Below are positions 1-9,556 of a stretch of 54,722 nucleotides of DNA, in pieces (the stretch's first letter is position 1; each line of letters starts with the position of its first letter). Made by a program: the position numbers and the translations under genes. A model generated the notes under the pieces. It did no database searches. It was not told the DNA's origin and was given only the letters and a program-made list of their open reading frames with translations. Location: positions 1-54,722 of IMG/VR virus record IMGVR_UViG_3300049190_000028; one strand, written 5' to 3'. The stretch is from a virus. Lineage: Duplodnaviria; Caudoviricetes.

Positions 1-1939
1 TCGCGGCGCCCTTGCTCTTCCAAGGCCCGCCGTCGCCGGCCCCGATCTCGCCCGTCGCCGCGGGCGCCGCCTGCGCTGGCGCAGCCTGTTCAGGAGCGGC
101 AGCAGCCGCGGGTTCATCGGTTGCATGAGCCTCCTGCGCCGGCAGGCGGCCAACGAAGTTGTTTGGCGAGATCTCGATGACCTCGTGCCCCTGGCCGGCG
201 CGCGCGGCCGCGGCCTGGGCCGCCCGCCGGTTGCGGAACGGCATGTCACCCGCCGCGGTCAGGTCGCCGGGCTGCGCGACGTTGCCCAGCGCGCGGCGCA
301 TGCTGGCGCGCTCGACGTCGGGCGTCAGGCCGAGTTCGGCGCGACGTCCCAGCTCCTGCTGTCGCGCGGTGGCGTCGGCCGCTGTCTCAGGCGCGACGGC
401 GCCGTCTTCGGTGGCGAGCATGACGCCGGTCGGGGTCGGCGCATAGGGCAGCGCCAGTGGGGCGGCCTGGGCCGGCGGCGCGCCTTCCAGGGCCAGGCCC
501 TGCGAAGACCAGTCGGTATCGAGCATTCCGCGTGCGTCTTGCACGGCGGCCATGCTGTCGATCATGGAGCGCGTCACCCAGCGCCGCGGCGCCAGCGTGT
601 ATCCACCAGCCGGGTGCGGAACGATATTCAAGTCGATTCCGCCCGCGTCGCCCTCCGCCTTGATCTGCTCGGCGCGCTCGAGGTCGAAGCTCGGCAGCTT
701 CTGCAGGTTGGCCCGCGCGATCTCCTCGACGTCACCGAGGGCTAGGTCCCCGGTGTCGACATGGGCCGTGGGCTCGTAGTCGATCGAGTTCGGATCCTTG
801 GCGACCTCCTTGGCCAGGCCGAGGCCCGAGGTGTCGATGCTGGCCGGCGCCTGGCCGGGCGCCTTGCTCACCCGCTCGGCGGCCTGGGCGGCAGTCTCGA
901 TGCTGGCATTGATGCCCTTGGACAGCGGGCCGCCCTCCGGCAGTTTCGAATCTCGCAGCTGGTCCGCCGCCGTCGGCGTCTCGGCCTTACCGTGGAATGG
1001 CGCAGCACCGGCGCCCATCAGGCCGCCGGCAAGGGCGCCCATCGCCGCCGCCGCGCCGACGCCCTCGTCCCACGGCTTGCCCAGCGCGACGTTCTGAGCG
1101 ATCTGCTCCTGGGCCGACTGCGGCAGTTCCTGAAGCAGCCCCTCGGTGGCGAAGCCCTGGACCAGCGAGCGGACCAAGCCCTTCTGTGCCGCCGGCCCGG
1201 CCTGCTGCACGCCGGCCACCAGCTGGTTCACGTCGCCAATGCCAAGCCGGTTGGCTACCCGGCCTGCCACGCCGGTGATGAGCGAGGTCAGCGCACCGGA
1301 CGCACCCGCAATGCCGGCCTGCTCAAGCGACAACGTGCCGTCGGGTGTCTCCTGACGAATCTGCTCGGCGGTCTGGCCCGCGGAAACTGCACCCTCACCG
1401 ATGCCAGCGGCCATGGCGCCGCCGATCTTGGGCGCCACCTTCATCACGCCGCGCGCCACAGCGCCGGCCGGCAGCAGCGACGGCGCGGATTCCAGCACCG
1501 CGTGAGCGACGGTGCTGGGGTTCTCGACCGCGGCCATGAACGTGTCGCCGAAGCCCTGGGCCTCCTTCACCTTCCGATTCGCTGCCTGCTGCTCGGGCGA
1601 GTAGTACTCGTCCAGGATCTGACGGGCCTCTCGCGGGCGGAAGCCGGCTGCCTCAGCGGCCTTGCCGGCGTAGCCGCCCGTCACCAGGTCGGCCAGACCC
1701 ACGGCCGCCTCGGGCACGCCGATCGCGCCCTTGAGCAGCGAGATGCCGCCGTCACCGAGCACCCTGCGCCCGACGCCGCTGCTTTCAGGCGCCACTTCGG
1801 GCGCGGCGACCTGCAGCCGATTCGCGATCACCTGGCGGTCCATGTCCGGGTAGAACGTCCGCTGGATGACGTCGACGGCCGCGTTGTCGTCGAGCCCCGA
1901 CAGCTCGGGGTATTGCTTGCGCAGCTGGGCGATGTTCAT
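1..1939 (-). CDS. Large internal virion / DNA-ejection protein, N-terminal part (runs off window)
   Basis: Not in the ORF track; ATG at 1939 overlaps the upstream TGA and reads MNIAQLRKQYPELSGLDDNAAVDVIQRTFYPDMD..., then Gly/Ala-rich amphipathic segments typical of podovirus ejection proteins. Confidence 0.8.
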   Translation of the reverse strand, partial: MNIAQLRKQYPELSGLDDNAAVDVIQRTFYPDMDRQVIANRLQVAAPEVAPESSGVGRRVLGDGGISLLKGAIGVPEAAVGLADLVTGGYAGKAAEAAGFRPREARQILDEYYSPEQQAANRKVKEAQGFGDTFMAAVENPSTVAHAVLESAPSLLPAGAVARGVMKVAPKIGGAMAAGIGEGAVSAGQTAEQIRQETPDGTLSLEQAGIAGASGALTSLITGVAGRVANRLGIGDVNQLVAGVQQAGPAAQKGLVRSLVQGFATEGLLQELPQSAQEQIAQNVALGKPWDEGVGAAAAMGALAGGLMGAGAAPFHGKAETPTAADQLRDSKLPEGGPLSKGINASIETAAQAAERVSKAPGQAPASIDTSGLGLAKEVAKDPNSIDYEPTAHVDTGDLALGDVEEIARANLQKLPSFDLERAEQIKAEGDAGGIDLNIVPHPAGGYTLAPRRWVTRSMIDSMAAVQDARGMLDTDWSSQGLALEGAPPAQAAPLALPYAPTPTGVMLATEDGAVAPETAADATARQQELGRRAELGLTPDVERASMRRALGNVAQPGDLTAAGDMPFRNRRAAQAAAARAGQGHEVIEISPNNFVGRLPAQEAHATDEPAAAAAPEQAAPAQAAPAATGEIGAGDGGPWKSKGAA

Positions 1940-3420
1940 CAGGCGGAGACTCCGAGCGCTTGAAGGATGGCGGCGCGGTTCTGGGTGCCGTGCTTGTTGA
2001 GCTGCTGGTTCAGCGCAGTGCGGGCGGCCTGCACGGCCTGGGCGTGGCCCTGCAGCTCCTCCGGCGAGGCTCCCGACTTGATCGCCTGGCGCAAGCCGTT
2101 CTCCAGCGCCCGCAGCGAAGTGCCGAACGAAGCCAGGACCTGCGCCTCAGATTCGTTGCCCGAGCCAAGCACACGACCGACCGCCGCTTCCGGCGTGGCC
2201 GGGGCGGCCGGAGGCGCCTTCTGCGGCGCGGCCGTCGCGCCCGGCGCACGCGGCGCAATGGCTGCGCCGGGCGTAGGCGCCGGCGCGGGACCATCGGTTC
2301 GCAGGCCGAGCGGATCTGCAGGGCCGTCGTCCTTGATGTACTTGCCGGTGATCGCCCGGGCCTGCATGCTCAGCGCAGCCATCTCCGTCTGCAGCGCCTT
2401 GGCGTTCGGGCTTCCCTCCTGCCAATTGCCCTCGGCCCGGGCCTTGGTGATCTGCTGGTTGATGAACTCGGCCTTCTTGTTCAGGTCCGAAAGCGTGAGA
2501 CGGTCTGCCTCGGACATCTTGGCCAGCGGATCCTTCCTGCCGGCCTCGAGCTTGTCGCGCATCAGGCCCAACTGATCGCGGCGGTACTGCTCCTGCGTGT
2601 TGGCGTTCTGCTGAGCAATCTTCAGCATGCCGGCCTGATGCGCGATGGTCGCGTCAAGCTGCTTGGTGCTTTGCTGTTCCGTGAACTGCCGATCCTGGCG
2701 ATCCAACCACAACTTCGGGTCATAGGCCGCTACAGCGTTGCCGAAGAACTCACCGAGACTTGCGAAGCGGCGCTTGCCGACCTCCTTGCCAGCGCCATCG
2801 AGCTGATAGACCGTCGCGCCTCCCTTGCCATCCTCTTCGACGCGAGCGGTATGCCCGTCGTCGTAGTTCTCGTAGATCTTTGGCACCGCGGCCCATCCGC
2901 CCTTCTGCAAAGCGGAGCCTACGGCGCGGAAGGCAGCTGTCCGCTGCTGGTCTTGCAGTAGGTTGGCAAACTGGAGTTCCGCCACTTTCTCCTGTCGCGC
3001 GCCCGCGCGCAGCTGCTGTGCCTCCACTGGCCGGCCGGCTTTCATGAACGCGGACGACATCCGCGCCGAGATGGAGTCCGGCGCGTTGTGGGCGTCGCGG
3101 GCCTTCGTGGCGTCCGCCATGCTGGCGAACTGCTGGCCTTTGACGTTGAAGCCGTTCTGCACTGGTGCCGCCTCGCCGGGCATGCCGACGTCTCGGTTGT
3201 CCTGCGTGTCGGCCTTCTGCATCGTCGGGCGCACATCGGCCGGGTCTGCGGCCATCCGAAGATCGGCCTGCAGCTGATCGGCGTCGTCCCATTGCTTCTT
3301 CGCCCGTGCGCGCTGCATGGACACGAACTGCCGGTCTTCTTCGTCGCGACGAATGTCGCTGACCGTCCGATAGCCCTGATTGAACCCGTTGATCAGCGAG
3401 TTGAGGCTGGAAAGTTTCAT
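1939..3420 (-). CDS. Probable DNA-ejection / internal virion protein (493 aa)
   Basis: Gln/Ala-rich helical ORF coupled to both neighbours; position after tail genes. Confidence 0.65.
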   Translation of the reverse strand: MKLSSLNSLINGFNQGYRTVSDIRRDEEDRQFVSMQRARAKKQWDDADQLQADLRMAADPADVRPTMQKADTQDNRDVGMPGEAAPVQNGFNVKGQQFASMADATKARDAHNAPDSISARMSSAFMKAGRPVEAQQLRAGARQEKVAELQFANLLQDQQRTAAFRAVGSALQKGGWAAVPKIYENYDDGHTARVEEDGKGGATVYQLDGAGKEVGKRRFASLGEFFGNAVAAYDPKLWLDRQDRQFTEQQSTKQLDATIAHQAGMLKIAQQNANTQEQYRRDQLGLMRDKLEAGRKDPLAKMSEADRLTLSDLNKKAEFINQQITKARAEGNWQEGSPNAKALQTEMAALSMQARAITGKYIKDDGPADPLGLRTDGPAPAPTPGAAIAPRAPGATAAPQKAPPAAPATPEAAVGRVLGSGNESEAQVLASFGTSLRALENGLRQAIKSGASPEELQGHAQAVQAARTALNQQLNKHGTQNRAAILQALGVSA

Positions 3421-4190
3421 GCCTTGATTCCTTTGCTCTTGAGCAGCGCGTCCAGCTGCTGCTCGATGGCGTCGAGCTCCAGGCCGGCTTCCTTGATCAG
3501 CCCGACCTTCACGCCCAGTTCGTCGATGACGTTGTCGCCGTGCAGTCCGCGCATGACCAGCTCGCGTGCCGGCGTGCTGGCCGCCGTCTTCTTGGTCCGG
3601 CTGCTGACGATGATGGGCCGGCCCTCGGCGTCGAACTCCACCTCCAGCGGCTTCACGACGTCCCGCTTGCGCTGGTCCTGCTGGGCGCTGTTCATGCTCG
3701 GGAAGTCGAAGTCCGAACCGCCGCCGGCCAGTGCGCTGTCGTAGGCGCTGGTCTCGGCACCCGTCATGCCGCCGCCGTAGCCGGCCTCGCCGAACATCGC
3801 AGCCTTGTCGGCGGAACTCAGCGCGGCATTGCCGCCGGAACTGGTTGCCCCGCCCAGGCCTTCCGTCCCGCCAGCGCCGCCACCGCCCATCGCGTTGTTC
3901 GCCGCGCCTCCGGCGTAGAACGCCGCGATGACACGGGCGATGCGGTGCATGTTGTGCCCGGCCTTGGTATCGATCCCCGCCGCTTCCGCCTTGTCATAGG
4001 TGTCATGCGACGCACCGCCCCACTGGTCGGTGATGGGCTCGTAGTCCTTGCCAAGGACCTTGCCCCACATCTTGGACGACGCCGGGTCGGCCGCGCCCAG
4101 GAAGATCCGCTCTGGGTTCTTCTTGATCTTGCGGGCCATCTCCTTGAGGTTGAACCCCTCGAAGCCCAGGATGTCGGACAGGCTACTCAC
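3417..4190 (-). CDS. Probable virion/ejection protein (257 aa, Gly-rich)
   Basis: Coupled ORF with Gly/Ala-rich centre and C-terminal coiled coil. Confidence 0.55.
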   Translation of the reverse strand: MSSLSDILGFEGFNLKEMARKIKKNPERIFLGAADPASSKMWGKVLGKDYEPITDQWGGASHDTYDKAEAAGIDTKAGHNMHRIARVIAAFYAGGAANNAMGGGGAGGTEGLGGATSSGGNAALSSADKAAMFGEAGYGGGMTGAETSAYDSALAGGGSDFDFPSMNSAQQDQRKRDVVKPLEVEFDAEGRPIIVSSRTKKTAASTPARELVMRGLHGDNVIDELGVKVGLIKEAGLELDAIEQQLDALLKSKGIKA

Positions 4191-5394
4191 CGCCCTGCTC
4201 CATCAGCAGCTGCAGCTTCTTTTGCACGCGCATGAACTGGCCCAGCAGCTGCTGCTGCGCCTTGCCGGTGACGCCGCGCATCGCGTCGACGTTGATCACC
4301 TTGCCGCCCGGCGCGACGTCGTCGCCCAGTGCGGCCTGTGCGTCCTCGGCCGTCGGCCCGACGTGCTCGCCGCCGTCGCCCTCGCCCGGCTTGTAGCGCC
4401 AGCTGTAGACGTCCAGGTCCTTGACCGCGTCCAGTGCGCCGCCGCCGGAGGCCGCGCGCTTCGGCTCGTCACCGCCAGCGCCCAGGGCCTCGCTCATGCT
4501 GACGGGCTGCAGGTCGGTCTTCAGCTTCTTGGACGAGCTGAACACCTTGTACGCCGAGGCCAAACCGCCGATGAGGTTGCCCATACCGCTCAGGTCGTTG
4601 CCGCCGGAGCGGCTCAGGTCGGCGGCCTGGCCGAACAGATTGCCGGCCGACTGGGAGCCGGCGAGCGCCGTGTTGAAACCGGTTTGCACCAGCCCGGCGC
4701 CAGACGTCGCTGCACCCAGGGCCTGCTGACCCGACTGCGACGACACCCCGCCAGCCGACGCGGAGATCTGCTGCTGCGTCGCCTGGGTAGTCGCCAGATT
4801 GCGGCCCAGCGCCGCGGCGTCGGCCATTCGAGCATGCCCCTGCTGCTCGACGTTCTTGCGGGCCGTGTAGTCGGCGCCGGCTGCCAGCTTGGCGGCGCCG
4901 ATGTCCTGCATGGACGCCAGCGCTTGCGCCTTCCCGCTCTCGGGCGACACGCCGGCGCGCGCCAGTTCCTGGCTGGTGGCCAGCCGCTGCGCGCCGACCT
5001 GGCGGTTGACCTCGGCCACTGCCGCGCCAGCCTCCTGGCTGCGGCGCGCCTCGGTGTCGTAGTTCTGGGCATCGGCGACCAGCCGCTGCTCCAACGGGCG
5101 GAACGTGCCCTTGTTGTACGCCTCGGCATCCTTCGCCTGCTCCATGGCGTACTGCATGCCTGCCAGAGACGCGTCGCTGATGGCGTTCGACCGGTCAGTG
5201 GCTGCCTTGCGCTCATCCTCGGTGTCCGCGTATTCCTTCTTGAACCACTCGAACGACTCGCGTCCGAGCTTGGCGTTCTCTCGCGCCTGCTCTTGCACGC
5301 CGCTGGTGTCGGGCGCGTCGCTGCCGCCACCGCCGATGATGCGCAGCCCGAACAGGGCCCGCGGCAGCAGCATGGAAAGGATGTCTCGGATCAT
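4183..5394 (-). CDS. Ejection/pilot-like protein with C-terminal peptidase S74 (intramolecular chaperone)-like domain
   Basis: Start MIRDIL overlaps upstream stop (ATGA); C-terminus SSKKLKTD...VYSWRYK...HVGPTAED resembles the S74 pattern. Confidence 0.7.
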   Translation of the reverse strand: MIRDILSMLLPRALFGLRIIGGGGSDAPDTSGVQEQARENAKLGRESFEWFKKEYADTEDERKAATDRSNAISDASLAGMQYAMEQAKDAEAYNKGTFRPLEQRLVADAQNYDTEARRSQEAGAAVAEVNRQVGAQRLATSQELARAGVSPESGKAQALASMQDIGAAKLAAGADYTARKNVEQQGHARMADAAALGRNLATTQATQQQISASAGGVSSQSGQQALGAATSGAGLVQTGFNTALAGSQSAGNLFGQAADLSRSGGNDLSGMGNLIGGLASAYKVFSSSKKLKTDLQPVSMSEALGAGGDEPKRAASGGGALDAVKDLDVYSWRYKPGEGDGGEHVGPTAEDAQAALGDDVAPGGKVINVDAMRGVTGKAQQQLLGQFMRVQKKLQLLMEQGGE

Positions 5395-5846
5395 GCTCGG
5401 ACCTCGATAGCGAACTGGGCCCACGTCTCAGCGGGGATGGCTGTGCGGAAGGCGACGGCTGCGCGGTTTGCTGCCTCCTGGCCATGGCACAGGCGGCAGC
5501 ACAGGATCCAGACCGCCAGGCCAGAGAAGCGAAGGGTGTGGGCCCGGGTGATCAGCTCCTCGTCGCCGCTGCGCTGCAGATGGTTCGCCGCATGCCAGTC
5601 GGAGATCGCCACCTCAATCACCGGCTGCAGCTCCAGGCGGTGCCGCTGGTAGAACGCATTGCGCGGGATGTGCACCAGCAGGATCTCGAAGGCGCGGCTG
5701 ATGTCAGCCGGGCCGTGGGCCGGGTTGTCGCCGTCGACCGCGTCGTCCCAGACGTTGATCACGTCGTTCAAGAAGCGCAGGAACTCCAGCGCACTGGTGT
5801 CCTTGATGTGGTCGGCAACGAGCTGCCAGTGCTGGTCGGGCGTCAT
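5391..5846 (-). CDS. Helical phage protein with DDxxD motif (isoprenoid-synthase-like fold?)
   Basis: VWDDAVDGD motif; ATG at 5846 downstream of late-promoter motif. Confidence 0.55.
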   Translation of the reverse strand: MTPDQHWQLVADHIKDTSALEFLRFLNDVINVWDDAVDGDNPAHGPADISRAFEILLVHIPRNAFYQRHRLELQPVIEVAISDWHAANHLQRSGDEELITRAHTLRFSGLAVWILCCRLCHGQEAANRAAVAFRTAIPAETWAQFAIEVRA

Positions 5847-5871
5847 GGGGCTGCCTGTGGATTGGCAGCCC

Positions 5872-5908
5872 ATTGCACGGTCAAAACCGCGCAAGTCAAC
5901 CCGTGCAG
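5872..5908 (-). promoter_or_regulatory. Putative late promoter copy 1 (ejection operon)
   Basis: CTGCACGGG-TTGACT-N16-TGCAAT. Confidence 0.75.
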
Positions 5909-5909
5909 G

Positions 5910-6467
5910 TCAGGCGGGCCAGCGCACGGCGTCGATCTCCGCGGCGGTGCTGGCCGCGGCAAGTTGCGCCTTCAAGGCCTGCGCCGTGGCGAAGTTCTGA
6001 GCGCCTTGCGCCACCATCGCGGCATAGAAGGCCTTCCAGGTCTCTATGTCAGTGATCGGGATGTAGCTGTTGTCTTCGGTCTTCCAGGCGCCTGGCCAGC
6101 CGGCGGGGAATTCGCCGGTGAGCGCGACGGCTCCGTTTGTGCCGTCGATGTCGCTGCGGCTCAGCTCGTCGGTGCTGATGAGCTTGCCCGCGAACATGAA
6201 CCCGCCGCGATTGGCTGCCAAGCGGGCGGCGTTGATCTCGGCGTTCTTGTCGACTCGCATCTGATCGAGGCTCCGAGGGTCGTTCCATTGCCGCACACCC
6301 TCCACCAGCCGCAACTGTGCGCCGGGATGCGGCGCCACCGGCCAGCCGGTCCATCCCGACAGCTCGACGCATTGCGCTGGGTCCTCCTCGGCCGGGAGCT
6401 GGTCATTCGGGCACTGGACGACGCGCAGCACAAAGCCCGCGGCGTTGACAACTGCAAAGTGCTTCAC
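5910..6467 (-). CDS. Tail fibre assembly protein (DUF4376-like)
   Basis: GTG overlaps fibre stop; EINAARLAAN...WKTEDN...LKAQLAAA...IDAVRW pattern. Confidence 0.75.
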   Translation of the reverse strand: MKHFAVVNAAGFVLRVVQCPNDQLPAEEDPAQCVELSGWTGWPVAPHPGAQLRLVEGVRQWNDPRSLDQMRVDKNAEINAARLAANRGGFMFAGKLISTDELSRSDIDGTNGAVALTGEFPAGWPGAWKTEDNSYIPITDIETWKAFYAAMVAQGAQNFATAQALKAQLAAASTAAEIDAVRWPA

Positions 6468-9400
6468 GGCGGCGTCCCATGCGTGGCGTAGATGGTGAAG
6501 ATCGTCTCGGCGATGCGCCCGTTGGCGTCTACCACCGTGCATTCAAAGGTGGCGGTGACGATGTTGTCCACGCTTGATCCGGTGAAGGTGGCAGTCGCGG
6601 AGTAGGCCCCGGTGTTCACCTCCGCGTAGACGGGCGTACCGTTGTCGCCGACGAGGCTCACGAGGCGCCACTTGTAAGAGTAGGGCGAATTGCCGCCGGT
6701 GACGGAGACGGTGCGAGACCCGTATGAAGCTCCCCCATTGCCAACGTAGACGTAGATGTCGCCCGCTGGAATTGATGCGCTGAATGGCGGCAGCTTCAGC
6801 TCGAAGCCGGTGCTGGGCGAGAACTTGAGCCATGACGTGCTGTTGCCCACCGCGAACTGCGGATCGCCCGCGATGTTGGCGAGGTAGAAGCCCGCCGACG
6901 TGTCGCTGAAACTGGTCTTTCCTGAGCGCAGGTAGCCGCCGGCCGCGATCTCCACCGTGCCCATGAACGACGAGAGCGCGGACAACGTGTTGATGCTGGC
7001 CACCTTGATCTGCGCCAGCTCGATAGCCGCCCCGGCGATGTAGGTCGAGACGTTGGCGTTCGTGATTTGGTTGATGAGCGCCATCGCTCCGGCGCCCATA
7101 CCGCTGAGCGTGGCCGAGGTGCCCAGGAAGACCCCGGCGCTGTACAGCTTCCCGTCGACGCCGATGGACATCTGAGCGTTGCTGACCACGATGCCAGTGC
7201 CGGCGCCTCCGCCGTAGAACTGGCCCGAGCTGTTGATGCCGATCAGGTCGTTGTTGACAGTGGTACCTGCGCCCGACGCCACACCCTGGATCGCGCCGCC
7301 GCCGTCGACGTAGGTCTGGTTGGCGTTGTCCTGCGGCTTGCCCGCGCCAGATACGTCGCTCCATTGCTGGGCCGAGTTCAGCACCGCCGACTGCTCAAAA
7401 TACTCGCGCAGGCTCGGCTCCGTGCCGTCAACCAGGTTGATCATGGGGCGACCGAAAAGCTGGGTCGCGTTGGCTCCGGCGTAGTACTGGTAGGCGCGAT
7501 GGTTGTTCGCACCCGTTGCATCGTGGTTCCAGTTGGTCCCGGTGGCCACGAACTGGCCCGTCTTGCAGTCAATGAGGCCCGAGCCTGCGTTGCTGTTGCT
7601 GACGCTGCCGTACGGGAATACGTACCCAACCATCAAGTACCAGCGATCGGTGCTCATCGAGTTGCGCCCGTAGCTGATGAAGTACGGGTTGGAGTTCGAC
7701 GACGTTGTGTTCAGATTGCAGACGTTATACGTGCCCCAGTAGACGTTGCCTCCCAGACCTGTGTCCCGAACCCGAACAGGAACGACGAATCTATACGTCT
7801 TGCTCGGGTCCAGAGTGATACCGGTGTCCCAGCCTCCGCCCGAGCCACCGTCCCCAGACGCCTCGCGGCAATACCAGACAATATCGCTGCCTCCGCGGGG
7901 GCCGGTACCACCCACGTCATCCGTGGTGTAGATGATGTTCTCTTCGCCATTGAGCCCCCAAGGAATGGTGGCGCCACGCTTCCACCAGCTCACGTCGATC
8001 AAGTTGTTGCGGATCGCGTCGTCGGCTGGCCGGTTCAGCACCTGCGACCACTGCTGGTTGCTGTTGAGCCACCCGCCGTCGGCCAGCACCGAGCTGTAGT
8101 GGATCGGCGTCCCGGTGCCGCTGGCGTCGAGGATGATGGTCCCGTCGGGCTTGCGGATGGTCAGGCCGTTGGTGTTGATCTGAGCCGCCGACAGTTGGCC
8201 CCGGATGGCCGCCGCACCAAACTCCGCCGATCCATCGGCCTGGATGATCCAGCCCGACGTGCCAGCGACGTAGTTTGTGCTCTTGATGTACTGCCCCACC
8301 GCCAGCGCGCCGGCCAGGAGCTTCGCAACACTGACATTCGCGACCTTCAAGTCGTCAATGGCACCGTTCGCGACCAGCAGGTTTGTGACCGCGAAGTTGG
8401 CGATTGCGCCGTCGCCGGCCACGATGGTGTTGAGCGCCAGCTTGCCGGCATATCCCGTGAGCGTGTCGCCTTCTTCGAGCTGGACGTCGTCGAACTCCAC
8501 CCAGCCCGTCATTGCCGCGCCGTAGGCAATGGTGATAAAGATCGTCGAATCGACGGCCGCCCCGGTCGTCAGGCGATAGGCATATCGCTGCCAGGACGTC
8601 GTCAGATTCGGATTTCTCAGCGTCGTGATCGAGGCCGGCGCAACGTTCCACGCCAGATGCGTCCCGCCACCCTGCGCGACGTTCGACCGCGCATACCAGC
8701 TGAGGACATACGTCGAATTTGGCTTCCAGGGCGCACCGGTGAGCAAACCCTTGCTGCTGGTGTTCGTGCCGGTCCAGGTGCATCGCTGCGCCAAACCACT
8801 GATGCGTCCCGGCGTTCGGGTGTACGTCGACGGCTCAGTGCCCGCCGTGTTGTTGTATTGCCCCCAGCCATCCGCGAGGCCATCGCCGTCGCTGTCCAGC
8901 TCGAAGCTGTTGTTCCCGACGAGATTGCTTCCGCCGATTTCAAGCGCCGCCTTGTCAGCCGTCACCGAGCCCGGCGCCAGGGCCTGCGACAGCACGACGG
9001 CCGTGCCGAGGTCGCTGGAGCCGACCTTACCCGTCGTCGCGGTGTAGCCATTGGTGCCACCGGCCGGCGCCGTCGACTCCACACCGTCAACGCTGACCCA
9101 TTTCAGCCAGATGTGCCAAGCGGTTCCAAGGGTGGTCCCGTGCGCAAACACCGTGCCTACGAACTCGGTGATCAGCACCGCATCGGCGAACACCGGCAGC
9201 GGGCCGCTCCCGCCATAGGCCGCACCGTAGACCTTCGTCCGCGCGTGGCCGTGGCCCACGGTGTAGAGCGGCGTGTCGTGCTCGATGATGAGGTTCGAGA
9301 ACGTCGGCGTGACGCTCACGCCAGTGGGCGTCGGTGGCGGCGTGTAGTCCGGCGTGGTGCTTCCGCCACCGCCGGTGCCAGGCAGCACGATGGTCGTGCT

Positions 9401-9556
9401 GTTCCCGACCGTCACCTCGTTCAGTGTGACGGCGCGCTGCTTGGGGTCGCCGTCCAGGCCACGCAACTCGCGGACGTGCTCGCGCAGGCCTTCCAGCAGC
9501 AGCCGCACGCCGCGATCGAGCGCCTTGGGGACGCCAGGCAGGTCAGGCAGCGCCAT
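6464..9556 (-). CDS. Tail fibre / receptor-binding protein (1030 aa) with carbohydrate-binding-like modules
   Basis: Gly/Thr/Ser-rich; NLVGNNSFE...YVLSWYAR...FDDVQLEEG CBM-like module; repeated NSxQQWSxV linker. Confidence 0.85.
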   Translation of the reverse strand: MALPDLPGVPKALDRGVRLLLEGLREHVRELRGLDGDPKQRAVTLNEVTVGNSTTIVLPGTGGGGSTTPDYTPPPTPTGVSVTPTFSNLIIEHDTPLYTVGHGHARTKVYGAAYGGSGPLPVFADAVLITEFVGTVFAHGTTLGTAWHIWLKWVSVDGVESTAPAGGTNGYTATTGKVGSSDLGTAVVLSQALAPGSVTADKAALEIGGSNLVGNNSFELDSDGDGLADGWGQYNNTAGTEPSTYTRTPGRISGLAQRCTWTGTNTSSKGLLTGAPWKPNSTYVLSWYARSNVAQGGGTHLAWNVAPASITTLRNPNLTTSWQRYAYRLTTGAAVDSTIFITIAYGAAMTGWVEFDDVQLEEGDTLTGYAGKLALNTIVAGDGAIANFAVTNLLVANGAIDDLKVANVSVAKLLAGALAVGQYIKSTNYVAGTSGWIIQADGSAEFGAAAIRGQLSAAQINTNGLTIRKPDGTIILDASGTGTPIHYSSVLADGGWLNSNQQWSQVLNRPADDAIRNNLIDVSWWKRGATIPWGLNGEENIIYTTDDVGGTGPRGGSDIVWYCREASGDGGSGGGWDTGITLDPSKTYRFVVPVRVRDTGLGGNVYWGTYNVCNLNTTSSNSNPYFISYGRNSMSTDRWYLMVGYVFPYGSVSNSNAGSGLIDCKTGQFVATGTNWNHDATGANNHRAYQYYAGANATQLFGRPMINLVDGTEPSLREYFEQSAVLNSAQQWSDVSGAGKPQDNANQTYVDGGGAIQGVASGAGTTVNNDLIGINSSGQFYGGGAGTGIVVSNAQMSIGVDGKLYSAGVFLGTSATLSGMGAGAMALINQITNANVSTYIAGAAIELAQIKVASINTLSALSSFMGTVEIAAGGYLRSGKTSFSDTSAGFYLANIAGDPQFAVGNSTSWLKFSPSTGFELKLPPFSASIPAGDIYVYVGNGGASYGSRTVSVTGGNSPYSYKWRLVSLVGDNGTPVYAEVNTGAYSATATFTGSSVDNIVTATFECTVVDANGRIAETIFTIYATHGTPP

